64,000 nt of DNA from Eledone cirrhosa. Taxonomy: Eukaryota. The stretch covers positions 422,158,001 to 422,222,000 of the forward strand of contig OZ024740.1 of assembly GCA_964016885.1 (NCBI GenBank). The letters run 5' to 3'. This document shows positions 11,075 through 25,600 of the stretch, in pieces. Made by a program: the position numbers and the translations under genes. A model generated the notes under the pieces. That model ran no database searches. It was not told the DNA's origin and worked only from the letters and a program-made list of their open reading frames with translations. Each line of letters begins with the position of its first letter. Positions within the stretch are counted from its first letter, which is position 1.

Positions 11075-13605
11075 TCTACTTCAGTGTTGTTTTGTAAGAG
11101 TTACTGCATCAATATCTGCCCTAAGACAGCAGGTTTCTAGTTCAGTGTTGTTTTATGAGAGTTACTGTCTCAATATCTGCCCTAAGGTAGCAGGTTTCTC
11201 GTTCAGTGTAATTTTGTAAGAGTTACTGCATCAATATCTGTCCTAAGGTAGCAGGTTTCTAGTTCAGAGTAATTTTGTAAGAGTTACTGCCTCAATATCT
11301 GCCCTAAGGTAGCAGGTTTCTAGTTCAGTGTTGTTTTGTAAGAGTTACTGCCTCAATATCTGCCCTAAGGTAGCAGGTTTCTAGTTCAGTGAAATTTTGT
11401 AAGAGTTACTGCCTCAATATCTGCCCTAACGTAGCAGGTTTCTAGTTCAGTGTTGTTTTGTAAGAGTTACTGCCTCAATATTTGCCATAAGGTAGCAGGT
11501 TTCTAGTTCACTGTTGTTTTGTAAGAGTTATTGTCCCAATATCTGCCCTAAGACAGCAGGTTTCTAGTTCAGTGTTGTTATGTAAGAGTTATTGCATCAA
11601 TATCTGCCCTAACGTAGCAGGTTTCTACTTCAGTGTTGTTTAGTAAGAGTTATTGTCTCAATATCTGCCCTAAGGCAGCAGGTTTCTAGTTCAGTGTTGT
11701 TATGTAAGAGTTACTGCATCAATATCTGCCCTAAGGTAGCAGGTTTCTAGTTCACTGTAATTTTGTAAGAGTTACTGCCTCAATATCTGCCCTAAGGTAG
11801 CAGGTTTCTAGTTCAGTGTGGTTTTGTAAGAGTTACTGTCTCAATATTTGCCATAATGTAGCAGGTTTCTAGTTCAGTGTTGTTTTGTAAGTGTTACTGC
11901 CTCAATATCTGCCCTAATGTAGCAGGTTTCTAGTTCAGTGTTGTTTTGTAAGAGTTACTGCCTCAATATCTGCCCTAACGTAGCAGGTTTCTAGTTCAGT
12001 GTTGTTTTGTTATAGTTACTGCCTCAATATCTGCCCTAAGGTAGCAGGTTTCTAGTCAGTGTTGCTTTGTAAGAGTTACTGCCTCAATATCTGCCCTACG
12101 GTATCAGGTTTCTACTTCAGTGTAGTTTTGTAAGAGTTACTGTCCCAATATCTGCCCGAAGGTAGCAGGTTTCTAGTTTAGTGTAATTTTGTAAGAGTTA
12201 CTGCATCAATATCTGCCCTAAGACAGCAGGTTTCTATTTCACTGTAATTTTGTAAGAGTTACTGTCTCAATATCTGCCCTAAGGTAGCAGGTTTCTAGTT
12301 CAGTGTAATTTTGTAAGAGTTACTGCTTCAATATCTGCCCTAAAGTAGCAGGTTTCTACTTCAGAGTTGTTTTGTAAGAATTACTGTCTCACTATCTGCC
12401 CTAAGGTAGCAGGTTTCTAGTTCAGTGTGGTTTTGTAAGAGTTACTGTCTCAATATCTGCCCTGAGACAGCAGGTTTCCAGTTCAGTGTTGTTTTATGAG
12501 AGTTACTGCCTCAATATCTGCCCTAAGGAAGAAGGTTTCTAGTTCAGTGTTGTTATGTAAGAGTTACTGCAACAATATCTGCCCTAACGTAGCAGGTTTC
12601 TACTTCAGTGTTGTTTTGTAAGAGTTACTGCATCAATATCTGCCCTAAGACAGCAGGTTTCTAGTTCAGTGTTGTTTTATGAGAGTTACTGTCTCAATAT
12701 CTGCCCTAAGGTAGCAGGTTTCTCGTTCAGTGTAATTTTGTAAGAGTTACTGCATCAATATCTGTCCTAAGGTAGCAGGTTTCTAGTTCAGAGTAATTTT
12801 GTAAGAGTTACTGCCTCAATATCTGCCCTAAGGTAGCAGGTTTCTAGTTCAGTGTTGTTTTGTAAGAGTTACTGCCTCAATATCTGCCCTAAGGTAGCAG
12901 GTTTCTAGTTCAGTGTAATTTTGTAAGAGTTACTGCCTCAATATCTGCCCTAACGTAGCAGGTTTCTAGTTCAGTGTTGTTTTGTAAGAGTTACTGCCTC
13001 AATATTTGCCATAAGGTAGCAGGTTTCTAGTTCACTGTTGTTTTGTAAGAGTTATTGTCCCAATATCTGCCCTAAGACAGCAGGTTTCTAGTTCAGTGTT
13101 GTTATGTAAGAGTTATTGCATCAATATCTGCCCTAACGTAGCAGGTTTCTACTTCAGTGTTGTTTAGTAAGAGTTATTGTCTCAATATCTGCCCTAAGGC
13201 AGCAGGTTTCTAGTTCAGTGTTGTTATGTAAGAGTTACTGCATCAATATCTGCCCTAAGGTAGCAGGTTTCTAGTTCACTGTAATTTTGTAAGAGTTACT
13301 GCCTCAATATCTGCCCTAAGGTAGCAGGTTTCTAGTTCAGTGTGGTTTTGTAAGAGTTACTGTCTCAATATTTGCCATAATGTAGCAGGTTTCTAGTTCA
13401 GTGTTGTTTTGTAAGTGTTACTGCCTCAATATCTGCCCTAATGTAGCAGGTTTCTAGTTCAGTGTTGTTTTGTAAGAGTTACTGCCTCAATATCTGCCCT
13501 AACGTAGCAGGTTTCTAGTTCAGTGTTGTTTTGTTATAGTTACTGCCTCAATATCTGCCCTAAGGTAGCAGGTTTCTAGTCAGTGTTGCTTTGTAAGAGT
13601 TACTG
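11075..13605. repeat. 25-monomer (1,524-bp) higher-order tandem repeat
   Basis: 60-bp monomers at 12055 and 13579; GTTTAGTAAG variant at about 11641 and 13165. The same 1524 spacing recurs at 22239/23763 and 27361/28885. Boundaries are approximate. Confidence 0.8.
11463..12254. repeat. Example of the 13-monomer (792-bp) higher-order module B, containing a 60-bp monomer
   Basis: Ordered markers TTTGCCATAAG, ATTGTCCC..AGAC, ATTGCAT..AACG, AAGGC, CACT, GTGG, TTTGCCATAAT..AAGTG, AATG, GTTATAG, CTAGTCAG (1-bp deletion) with GCTTT, TACGGTATC, CCCGAAG, CTATTTCACT. The same order recurs near 21.6, 23.2, 26.8, 28.3, 36.3 and 39.4 kb. Confidence 0.85.
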
Positions 13606-16600
13606 CATCAATATCTGCCCTAAGACAGCAGGTTTCTATTTCACTGTAATTTTGTAAGAGTTACTGTCTCAATATCTGCCCTAAGGTAGCAGGTTTCTAG
13701 TTCAGTGTGATTTTGTAAGAGTTACTGCTTCAATATCTGCCCTAAAGTAGCAGGTTTCTACTTCAGAGTTGTTTTGTAAGAATTACTGTCTCAATATCTG
13801 CCCTAAGGTAGCAGGTTTCTAGTTTAGTGTTGTTATGTAAGAGTTACTATCTCAATACCTGCCCTAAGGTGGAAGGTTTCTAGTTCAGTGTAATTTTGTA
13901 AGAGTTACTGCCTCAAAATCTGCCCTAAGGTAGCAGGTTTCTAGTTCAGTGTAATTTTGTAAGAGTTACTGCCTCAATATCTGCTCTAAGGTAGCAGGTT
14001 TCTAGTTCAGTGTTGTTTTGTAAGAGTTACTGACTCATTATCTGCCCTAAGGTAGTAGGTTTCTAGTTCAGTGTAGTTTTGTAAGAGTTACTGTCTCAAT
14101 ATCTGCCCTAAGGTAGCAGGTTTCTAGTTCAGTGTAATTTTGTAAGAGTTACTGCTTCAATATCTGCCCTAAAGTAGCAGGTTTCTACTTCAGAGTTGTT
14201 TTGTAAGAATTACTGTCTCAATATCTGCCCTAAGGTAGCAGGTTTCTAGTTCAGTGTGGTTTTGTAAGAGTTACTGTCTCAATATCTGCCCTGAGACAGC
14301 AGGTTTCTAGTTCAGTGTTGTTTTATGAGAGTTACTGCCTCAATATCTGCCCTAAGGTAGCAGGTTTCTAGTTCAGTGTTGTTTTGTAACAGTTACTGTC
14401 TCAATATCTGCCCTAAGACAGCAGGTTTCTAGTTCAGTGTTGTTTTTTGAGACTTACTGTCCCAATATCTGCCCTAAGGTAGCAGGTTTCTCGTTCAGTG
14501 TTGTTATGTAAGAGTTACTGCATCAATATCTGCCCTAAGGTAGCAGGTTTCTAGTTCAGTGTAATTTTGTAACAGTTACTGCCTCAATATCTGCCCTAAG
14601 GTAGAAGGTTTCTAGTTCAATGTAATTTTGTAAGAGTTACTGCCTCAATATCTGCCCTAAGGTAGCAGGTTTCTAGTTCAGTGTAATTTTGTAAGAGTTA
14701 CTGTCTCAATATCTGCCCTAAGGTAGCAGGTTTCTAGTTCAGTGTTGTTTTGTAAGAGTTACTGACCCATTATCTGCCCTAAGGTAGCAGGTTTCTAGTT
14801 CAGTGTAGTTTTGTAAGAGTTACTGCCTCAATATTTGCCATAAGGTAGCAGGTTTCTAGTTCACTGTTGTTTTGTAAGAGTTATTGTCCCAATATCTGCC
14901 CTAAGACAGCAGGTTTCTAGTTCAGTGTTGTTATATAAGAGTTATTGCATCAATATCTGCCCTAACGTAGCAGGTTTCTACTTCAGTGTTGTTTTGTAAG
15001 AGTTATTGTCTCAATATCTGCCCTAAGGCAGCAGGTTTCTAGTTCAGTGTTGTTACGTAAGAGTTACTGCATCAATATCTGCCCTAAGGTAGCAGGTTTC
15101 TAGTTCACTGTAATTTTGTAAGAGCTACTGCCTCAATATCTGCCCTAAGGTAGCAGGTTTCTAGTTCAGTGTGGTTTTGTAAGAGTTACTGTCTCAATAT
15201 TTGCCATAATGTAGCAGGTTTCTAGTTCAGTGTTGTTTTGTAAGTGTTACTGCCTCAATATCTGCCCTAACGTAGCAGGTTTCTAGTTCAGTGTTGTTTT
15301 GTTATAGTTACTGCCTCAATATCTGCCCTAAGGTAGCAGGTTTCTAGTCAGTGTTGCTTTGTAAGAGTTACTGCATCAATATCTGCCCTAAGACAGCAGG
15401 TTTCTATTTCACTGTAATTTTGTAAGAGTTACTGTCTCAATATCTGCCCTAAGGTAGCAGGTTTCTAGTTCAGTGTAATTTTGTAAGAGTTACTGCTTCA
15501 ATATCTGCCCTAAAGTAGCAGGTTTCTACTTCAGAGTTGTTTTGTAAGAATTACTGTCTCAATATCTGCCCTAAGGTAGCAGGTTTCTAGTTCAGTGTGG
15601 TTTTGTAAGAGTTACTGTCTCAATATCTGCCCTGAGACAGCAGGTTTCCAGTTCAGTGTTGTTTTATGAGAGTTACTGCCTCAATATCTGCCCTAAGGAA
15701 GAAGGTTTCTAGTCCAGTGTTGTTATGTAAGAGTTACTGCATCAATATCTGCCCTAACGTAGCAGGTTTCTACTTCAGTGTTGTTTTGTAAGAGTTACTG
15801 CCTCAATGTCTGCCCTAAGGTAGCAGGTTTCTAGTTCAGTGTAATTTTGTAAGAGTTACTATCTCAATATCTGCCCTAAGGTAGCAGGTTTCTAGTTCAG
15901 TGTAATTTTGTAAGAGTTACTGCCTCAACATCTGCCCTAAGGTAGCAGGTTTCTAGTTCAGTGTTATTTTGTAAGAGTTACTGACTCATTATCTGCCCTA
16001 AGGTAGCAGGTTTCTAGTTTAGTGTTGTTATGTAAGAGTTACTATCTCAATACCTGCCCTAAGGTGGAAGGTTTCTAGTTCAGTGTAATTTTGTAAGAGT
16101 TACTGCCTCAATATCTGCCCTAAGGTAGCAGGTTTCTAGTTCAGTGTAATTTTGTAAGAGTTACTGCCTCAATATCTGCTCTAAGGTAGCAGGTTTCTAG
16201 TTCAGTGTTGTTTTGTAAGAGTTACTGACTCATTATCTGCCCTAAGGTAGCAGGTTTCTAGTTCAGTGTAGTTTTGTAAGAGTTACTGTCTTAATATCTG
16301 CCCTAAGGTAGCAGGTTTCTAGTTCAGTGTAATTTTGTAAGAGTTACTGCTTCAATATCTGCCCTAAAGTAGCAGGTTTCTACTTCAGAGTTGTTTTGTA
16401 AGAATTACTGTCTCAATATCTGCCCTAAGGTAGCAGGTTTCTAGTTCAGTGTGGTTTTGTAAGAGTTACTGTCTCAATATCTGCCCTGAGACAGCAGGTT
16501 TCTAGTTCAGTGTTGTTTTATGAGAGTTACTGCCTCAATATCTGCCCTAAGGTAGCAGGTTTCTAGTTCAGTGTTGTTTTGTAACAGTTACTGTCTCAAT

Positions 16601-19600
16601 ATCTGCCCTAAGACAGCAGGTTTCTAGTTCAGTGTTGTTTTTTGAGACTTACTGTCCCAATATCTGCCCTAAGGTAGCAGGTTTCTCGTTCAGTGTTGTT
16701 ATGTAAGAGTTACTGCATCAATATCTGCCCTAAGGTAGCAGGTTTCTAGTTCAGTGTAATTTTGTAACAGTTACTGCCTCAATATCTGCCCTAAGGTAGA
16801 AGGTTTCTAGTTCAATGTAATTTTGTAAGAGTTACTGCCTCAATATCTGCCCTAAGGTAGCAGGTTTCTAGTTCAGTGTAATTTTGTAAGAGTTACTGTC
16901 TCAATATCTGCCCTAAGGTAGCAGGTTTCTAGTTCAGTGTTGTTTTGTAAGAATTACTGACCCATTATCTGCCCTAAGGTAGCAGGTTTCTAGTTCAGTG
17001 TAGTTTTGTAAGAGTTACTGTCTCAATATCTGCCCTAAGGTAGCAGGTTTCTAGTTCAGTGTAATTTTGTAAGAGTTACTGCTTCAATATCTGCCCTAAA
17101 GTAGCAGGTTTCTACTTCAGAGTTGTTTTGTAAGAATTACTGTCTCAATATCTGCCCTAAGGTAGCAGGTTTCTAGTTCAGTGTGGTTTTGTAAGAGTTA
17201 CTGCCTCAATATCTGCCCTAAGGTAGCAGGTTTCTAGTTCAGTGTTGTTTTGTAAGAGTTACTGACTCATTATCTGCCCTAAGGTAGCAGGTTTCTAGTT
17301 CAGTGTAATTTTGTAAGAGTTACTGCTTCAATATCTGCCCTAAAGTAGCAGGTTTCTACTTCAGAGTTGTTTTGTAAGAATTACTGTCTCAATATCTGCC
17401 CTAAGGTAGCAGGTTTCTAGTTCAGTGTGGTTTTGTAAGAGTTACTGTCTCAATATCTGCCCTGAGACAGAAGGTTTCTAGTTCAGTGTTGTTTTATGAG
17501 AGTTACTGCCTCAATATCTGCCCTAAGGTAGCAGGTTTCTAGTTCAGTGTTGTTTTGTAACAGTTACTGTCTCAATATCTGCCCTAAGACAGCAGGTTTC
17601 TAGTTCAGTGTTGTTTTTTGAGACTTACTGTCCCAATATCTGCCCTAAGGTAGCAGGTTTCTCGTTCAGTGTTGTTATGTAAGAGTTACTGCATCAATAT
17701 CTGCCCTAAGGTAGCAGGTTTCTAGTTCAGTGTAATTTTGTAACAGTTACTGCCTCAATATCTGCCCTAATGTAGAAGGTTTCTAGTTCAATGTAATTTT
17801 GTAAGAGTTACTGCCTCAATATCTGCCCTAAGGTAGCAGGTTTCTAGTTCAGTGTAATTTTGTAAGAGTTACTGTCTCAATATCTGCCCTAAGGTAGCAG
17901 GTTTCTAGTTCAGTGTTGTTTTGTAAGAGTTACTGACTCATTATCTGCCCTAAGGTAGCAGGTTTCTAGTTCAGTGTAGTTTTGTAAGAGTTACTGTCTC
18001 AATATCTGCCCTAAGGTAGCAGGTTTCTAGTTCAGTGTAATTTTGTAAGAGTTACTGCTTCAATATCTGCCCTAAAGTAGCAGGTTTCTACTTCAGAGTT
18101 GTTTTGTAAGAATTACTGTCTCAATATCTGCCCTAAGGTAGCAGGTTTCTAGTTCAGTGTGGTTTTGTAAGAGTTACTGTCTCAATATCTGCCCTGAGAC
18201 AGCAGGTTTCCAGTTCAGTGTTGTTTTATGAGAGTTACTGCCTCAATATCTGCCCTAAGGAAGAAGGTTTCTAGTTCAGTGTTGTTATGTAAGAGTTACT
18301 GCATCAATATCTGCCCTAACGTAGCAGGTTTCTACTTCAGTGTTGTTTTGTAAGAGTTACTGCCTCAATGTCTGCCCTAAGGTAGCAGGTTTCTAGTTCA
18401 GTGTAATTTTGTAAGAGTTACTATCTCAATATCTGCCCTAAGGTAGCAGGTTTCTAGTTCAGTGTAATTTTGTAAGAGTTACTGCCTCAACATCTGCCCT
18501 AAGGTAGCAGGTTTCTAGTTCAGTGTTATTTTGTAAGAGTTACTGACTCATTATCTGCCCTAAGGTAGCAGGTTTCTAGTTTAGTGTTGTTATGTAAGAG
18601 TTACTATCTCAATACCTGCCCTAAGGTGGAAGGTTTCTAGTTCAGTGTAATTTTGTAAGAGTTACTGCCTCAATATCTGCCCTAAGGTAGCAGGTTTCTA
18701 GTTCAGTGTAATTTTGTAAGAGTTACTGCCTCAATATCTGCTCTAAGGTAGCAGGTTTCTAGTTCAGTGTTGTTTTGTAAGAGTTACTGACTCATTATCT
18801 GCCCTAAGGTAGCAGGTTTCTAGTTCAGTGTAGTTTTGTAAGAGTTACTGTCTCAATATCTGCCCTAAGGTAGCAGGTTTCTAGTTCAGTGTAATTTTGT
18901 AAGAGTTACTGCTTCAATATCTGCCCTAAAGTAGCAGGTTTCTACTTCAGAGTTGTTTTGTAAGAATTACTGTCTCAATATCTGCCCTAAGGTAGCAGGT
19001 TTCTAGTTCAGTGTGGTTTTGTAAGAGTTACTGTCTCAATATCTGCCCTGAGACAGCAGGTTTCTAGTTCAGTGTTGTTTTATGAGAGTTACTGCCTCAA
19101 TATCTGCCCTAAGGTAGCAGGTTTCTAGTTCAGTGTTGTTTTGTAACAGTTACTGTCTCAATATCTGCCCTAAGACAGCAGGTTTCTAGTTCAGTGTTGT
19201 TTTTTGAGACTTACTGTCCCAATATCTGCCCTAAGGTAGCAGGTTTCTCGTTCAGTGTTGTTATGTAAGAGTTACTGCATCAATATCTGCCCTAAGGTAG
19301 CAGGTTTCTAGTTCAGTGTAATTTTGTAACAGTTACTGCCTCAATATCTGCCCTAAGGTAGAAGGTTTCTAGTTCAATGTAATTTTGTAAGAGTTACTGC
19401 CTCAATATCTGCCCTAAGGTAGCAGGTTTCTAGTTCAGTGTAATTTTGTAAGAGTTACTGTCTCAATATCTGCCCTAAGGTAGCAGGTTTCTAGTTCAGT
19501 GTTGTTTTGTAAGAATTACTGACCCATTATCTGCCCTAAGGTAGCAGGTTTCTAGTTCAGTGTAGTTTTGTAAGAGTTACTGTCTCAATATCTGCCCTAA

Positions 19601-22600
19601 GGTAGCAGGTTTCTAGTTCAGTGTAATTTTGTAAGAGTTACTGCTTCAATATCTGCCCTAAAGTAGCAGGTTTCTACTTCAGAGTTGTTTTGTAAGAATT
19701 ACTGTCTCAATATCTGCCCTAAGGTAGCAGGCTTCTAGTTCAGTGTGGTTTTGTAAGAGTTACTGCCTCAATATCTGCCCTAAGGTAGCAGGTTTCTAGT
19801 TCAGTGTTGTTTTGTAAGAGTTACTGCCTCATTATCTGCCCTAAGGTAGCAGGTTTCTATTTCAGTGTAATTTTGTAAGAGTTACTGCTTCAATATCTGC
19901 CCTAAAGTAGCAGGTTTCTACTTCAGAGTTGTTTTGTAAGAATTACTGTCTCAATATCTGCCCTAAGGTAGCAGGTTTCTAGTTCAGTGTGGTTTTGTAA
20001 GAGTTACTGTCTCAATATCTGCCCTGAGACAGAAGGTTTCTAGTTCAGTGTTGTTTTATGAGAGTTACTGCCTCAATATCTGCCCTAAGGTAGCAGGTTT
20101 CTAGTTCAGTGTTGTTATGTAAGAGTTACTGCATCAATATCTGCCCTAAGGTAGCAGGTTTCTAGTTCAGTGTAATTTTGTAACAGTTACTGCCTCAATA
20201 TCTGCCCTAATGTAGAAGGTTTCTAGTTCAATGTAATTTTGTAAGAGTTACTGCCTCAATATCTGCCCTAAGGTAGCAGGTTTCTAGTTCAGTGTAATTT
20301 TGTAAGAGTTACTGTCTCAATATCTGCCCTAAGGTAGCAGGTTTCTAGTTCAGTGTTGTTTTGTAAGAGTTACTGACTCATTATCTGCCCTAAGGTAGCA
20401 GGTTTCTAGTTCAGTGTAGTTTTGTAAGAGTTACTGTCTCAATATCTGCCCTAAGGTAGCAGGTTTCTAGTTCAGTGTAATTTTGTAAGAGTTACTGCTT
20501 CAATATCTGCCCTAAAGTAGCAGGTTTCTACTTCAGAGTTGTTTTGTAAGAATTACTGTCTCAATATCTGCCCTAAGGTAGCAGGTTTCTAGTTCAGTGT
20601 GGTTTTGTAAGAGTTACTGTCTCAATATCTGCCCTGAGACAGCAGGTTTCCAGTTCAGTGTTGTTTTATGAGAGTTACTGCCTCAATATCTGCCCTAAGG
20701 AAGAAGGTTTCTAGTTCAGTGTTGTTATGTAAGAGTTACTGCATCAATATCTGCCCTAACGTAGCAGGTTTCTACTTCAGTGTTGTTTTGTAAGAGTTAC
20801 TGCCTCAATGTCTGCCCTAAGGTAGCAGGTTTCTAGTTCAGTGTAATTTTGTAAGAGTTACTGCCTCAATATCTGCCCTAAGGTAGCAGGTTTCTAGTTC
20901 AGTGTTATTTTGTAAGAGTTACTGACTCATTATCTGCCCTAAGGTAGCAGGTTTCTAGTTCAGTGTAATTTTGTAAGAGTTACTGTCTCAATATCTGCCC
21001 TAAGGTAGCAGGTTTCTAGTTCAGTGTTGTTTTGTAAGAGTTACTGACTCATTATCTGCCCTAAGGTAGCAGGTTTCTAGTTGAGTGTAGTTTTGTAAGA
21101 GTTACTGTCTCAATATCTGCCCTAAGGTAGCAGGTTTCTAGTTCAGTGTAATTTTGTAAGAGTTACTGCTTCAATATCTGCCCTAAAGTAGCAGGTTTCT
21201 ACTTCAGAGTTGTTTTGTAAGAATTACTGTCTCAATATCTGCCCTAAGGTAGCAGGTTTCTACTTCAGTGTTGTTTTGTAAGAGTTACTGCATCAATATC
21301 TGCCCTAAGACAGCAGGTTTCTAGTTCAGTGTTGTTTTATGAGAGTTACTGTCTCAATATCTGCCCTAAGGTAGCAGGTTTCTCGTTCAGTGTAATTTTG
21401 TAAGAGTTACTGCATCAATATCTGTCCTAAGGTAGCAGGTTTCTAGTTCAGAGTAATTTTGTAAGAGTTACTGCCTCAATATCTGCCCTAAGGTAGCAGG
21501 TTTCTAGTTCAGTGTTGTTTTGTAAGAGTTACTGTCTCAATATCTGCCCTAAGGTAGCAGGTTTCTAGTTCAGTGAAATTTTGTAAGAGTTACTGCCTCA
21601 ATATCTGCCCTAACGTAGCAGGTTTCTAGTTCAGTGTTGTTTTGTAAGAGTTACTGCCTCAATATTTGCCATAAGGTAGCAGGTTTCTAGTTCACTGTTG
21701 TTTTGTAAGAGTTATTGTCCCAATATCTGCCCTAAGACAGCAGGTTTCTAGTTCAGTGTTGTTATGTAAGAGTTATTGCATCAATATCTGCCCTAACGTA
21801 GCAGGTTTCTACTTCAGTGTTGTTTAGTAAGAGTTATTGTCTCAATATCTGCCCTAAGGCAGCAGGTTTCTAGTTCAGTGTTGTTATGTAAGAGTTACTG
21901 CATCAATATCTGCCCTAAGGTAGCAGGTTTCTAGTTCACTGTAATTTTGTAAGAGTTACTGCCTCAATATCTGCCCTAAGGTAGCAGGTTTCTAGTTCAG
22001 TGTGGTTTTGTAAGAGTTACTGTCTCAATATTTGCCATAATGTAGCAGGTTTCTAGTTCAGTGTTGTTTTGTAAGTGTTACTGCCTCAATATCTGCCCTA
22101 ATGTAGCAGGTTTCTAGTTCAGTGTTGTTTTGTAAGAGTTACTGCCTCAATATCTGCCCTAACGTAGCAGGTTTCTAGTTCAGTGTTGTTTTGTTATAGT
22201 TACTGCCTCAATATCTGCCCTAAGGTAGCAGGTTTCTAGTCAGTGTTGCTTTGTAAGAGTTACTGCCTCAATATCTGCCCTACGGTATCAGGTTTCTACT
22301 TCAGTGTAGTTTTGTAAGAGTTACTGTCCCAATATCTGCCCGAAGGTAGCAGGTTTCTAGTTTAGTGTAATTTTGTAAGAGTTACTGCATCAATATCTGC
22401 CCTAAGACAGCAGGTTTCTATTTCAGTGTAATTTTGTAAGAGTTACTGTCTCAATATCTGCCCTAAGGTAGCAGGTTTCTAGTTCAGTGTAATTTTGTAA
22501 GAGTTACTGCTTCAATATCTGCCCTAAAGTAGCAGGTTTCTACTTCAGAGTTGTTTTGTAAGAATTACTGTCTCAATATCTGCCCTAAGGTAGCAGGTTT

Positions 22601-25600
22601 CTAGTTCAGTGTGGTTTTGTAAGAGTTACTGTCTCAATATCTGCCCTGAGACAGCAGGTTTCCAGTTCAGTGTTGTTTTATGAGAGTTACTGCCTCAATA
22701 TCTGCCCTAAGGAAGAAGGTTTCTAGTTCAGTGTTGTTATGTAAGAGTTACTGCATCAATATCTGCCCTAACGTAGCAGGTTTCTACTTCAGTGTTGTTT
22801 TGTAAGAGTTACTGCATCAATATCTGCCCTAAGACAGCAGGTTTCTAGTTCAGTGTTGTTTTATGAGAGTTACTGTCTCAATATCTGTCCTAAGGTAGCA
22901 GGTTTCTCGTTCAGTGTAATTTTGTAAGAGTTACTGCATCAATATCTGTCCTAAGGTAGCAGGTTTCTAGTTCAGAGTAATTTTGTAAGAGTTACTGCCT
23001 CAATATCTGCCCTAAGGTAGCAGGTTTCTAGTTCAGTGTTGTTTTGTAAGAGTTACTGCCTCAATATCTGCCCTAAGGTAGCAGGTTTCTAGTTCAGTGT
23101 AATTTTGTAAGAGTTACTGCCTCAATATCTGCCCTAACGTAGCAGGTTTCTAGTTCAGTGTTGTTTTGTAAGAGTTACTGCCTCAATATTTGCCATAAGG
23201 TAGCAGGTTTCTAGTTCACTGTTGTTTTGTAAGAGTTATTGTCCCAATATCTGCCCTAAGACAGCAGGTTTCTAGTTCAGTGTTGTTATGTAAGAGTTAT
23301 TGCATCAATATCTGCCCTAACGTAGCAGGTTTCTACTTCAGTGTTGTTTAGTAAGAGTTATTGTCTCAATATCTGCCCTAAGGCAGCAGGTTTCTAGTTC
23401 AGTGTTGTTATGTAAGAGTTACTGCATCAATATCTGCCCTAAGGTAGCAGGTTTCTAGTTCACTGTAATTTTGTAAGAGTTACTGCCTCAATATCTGCCC
23501 TAAGGTAGCAGGTTTCTAGTTCAGTGTGGTTTTGTAAGAGTTACTGTCTCAATATTTGCCATAATGTAGCAGGTTTCTAGTTCAGTGTTGTTTTGTAAGT
23601 GTTACTGCCTCAATATCTGCCCTAATGTAGCAGGTTTCTAGTTCAGTGTTGTTTTGTAAGAGTTACTGCCTCAATATCTGCCCTAACGTAGCAGGTTTCT
23701 AGTTCAGTGTTGTTTTGTTATAGTTACTGCCTCAATATCTGCCCTAAGGTAGCAGGTTTCTAGTCAGTGTTGCTTTGTAAGAGTTACTGCCTCAATATCT
23801 GCCCTACGGTATCAGGTTTCTACTTCAGTGTAGTTTTGTAAGAGTTACTGTCCCAATATCTGCCCGAAGGTAGCAGGTTTCTAGTTTAGTGTAATTTTGT
23901 AAGAGTTACTGCATCAATATCTGCCCTAAGACAGCAGGTTTCTATTTCACTGTAATTTTGTAAGAGTTACTGTCTCAATATCTGCCCTAAGGTAGCAGGT
24001 TTCTAGTTCAGTGTAATTTTGTAAGAGTTACTGCTTCAATATCTGCCCTAAAGTAGCAGGTTTCTACTTCAGAGTTGTTTTGTAAGAATTACTGTCTCAA
24101 TATCTGCCCTAAGGTAGCAGGTTTCTAGTTCAGTGTGGTTTTGTAAGAGTTACTGTCTCAATATCTGCCCTGAGACAGCAGGTTTCCAGTTCAGTGTTGT
24201 TTTTTGAGACTTACTGTCCCAATATCTGCCCTAAGGTAGCAGGTTTCTCGTTCAGTGTTGTTATGTAAGAGTTACTGCATCAATATCTGCCCTAAGGTAG
24301 CAGGTTTCTAGTTCAGTGTAATTTTGTAACAGTTACTGCCTCAATATCTGCCCTAAGGTAGAAGGTTTCTAGTTCAATGTAATTTTGTAAGAGTTACTGC
24401 CTCAATATCTGCCCTAAGGTAGCAGGTTTCTAGTTCAGTGTAATTTTGTAAGAGTTACTGTCTCAATATCTGCCCTAAGGTAGCAGGTTTCTAGTTCAGT
24501 GTTGTTTTGTAAGAATTACTGACCCATTATCTGCCCTAAGGTAGCAGGTTTCTAGTTCAGTGTAGTTTTGTAAGAGTTACTGTCTCAATATCTGCCCTAA
24601 GGTAGCAGGTTTCTAGTTCAGTGTAATTTTGTAAGAGTTACTGCTTCAATATCTGCCCTAAAGTAGCAGGTTTCTACTTCAGAGTTGTTTTGTAAGAATT
24701 ACTGTCTCAATATCTGCCCTAAGGTAGCAGGTTTCTAGTTCAGTGTGGTTTTGTAAGAGTTACTGCCTCAATATCTGCCCTAAGGTAGCAGGTTTCTAGT
24801 TCAGTGTTGTTTTGTAAGAGTTACTGACTCATTATCTGCCCTAAGGTAGCAGGTTTCTAGTTCAGTGTAATTTTGTAAGAGTTACTGCTTCAATATCTGC
24901 CCTAAAGTAGCAGGTTTCTACTTCAGAGTTGTTTTGTAAGAATTACTGTCTCAATATCTGCCCTAAGGTAGCAGGTTTCTAGTTCAGTGTGGTTTTGTAA
25001 GAGTTACTGTCTCAATATCTGCCCTGAGACAGAAGGTTTCTAGTTCAGTGTTGTTTTATGAGAGTTACTGCCTCAATATCTGCCCTAAGGTAGCAGGTTT
25101 CTAGTTCAGTGTTGTTTTGTAACAGTTACTGTCTCAATATCTGCCCTAAGACAGCAGGTTTCTAGTTCAGTGTTGTTTTTTGAGACTTACTGTCCCAATA
25201 TCTGCCCTAAGGTAGCAGGTTTCTCGTTCAGTGTTGTTATGTAAGAGTTACTGCATCAATATCTGCCCTAAGGTAGCAGGTTTCTAGTTCAGTGTAATTT
25301 TGTAACAGTTACTGCCTCAATATCTGCCCTAATGTAGAAGGTTTCTAGTTCAATGTAATTTTGTAAGAGTTACTGCCTCAATATCTGCCCTAAGGTAGCA
25401 GGTTTCTAGTTCAGTGTAATTTTGTAAGAGTTACTGTCTCAATATCTGCCCTAAGGTAGCAGGTTTCTAGTTCAGTGTTGTTTTGTAAGAGTTACTGACT
25501 CATTATCTGCCCTAAGGTAGCAGGTTTCTAGTTCAGTGTAGTTTTGTAAGAGTTACTGTCTCAATATCTGCCCTAAGGTAGCAGGTTTCTAGTTCAGTGT

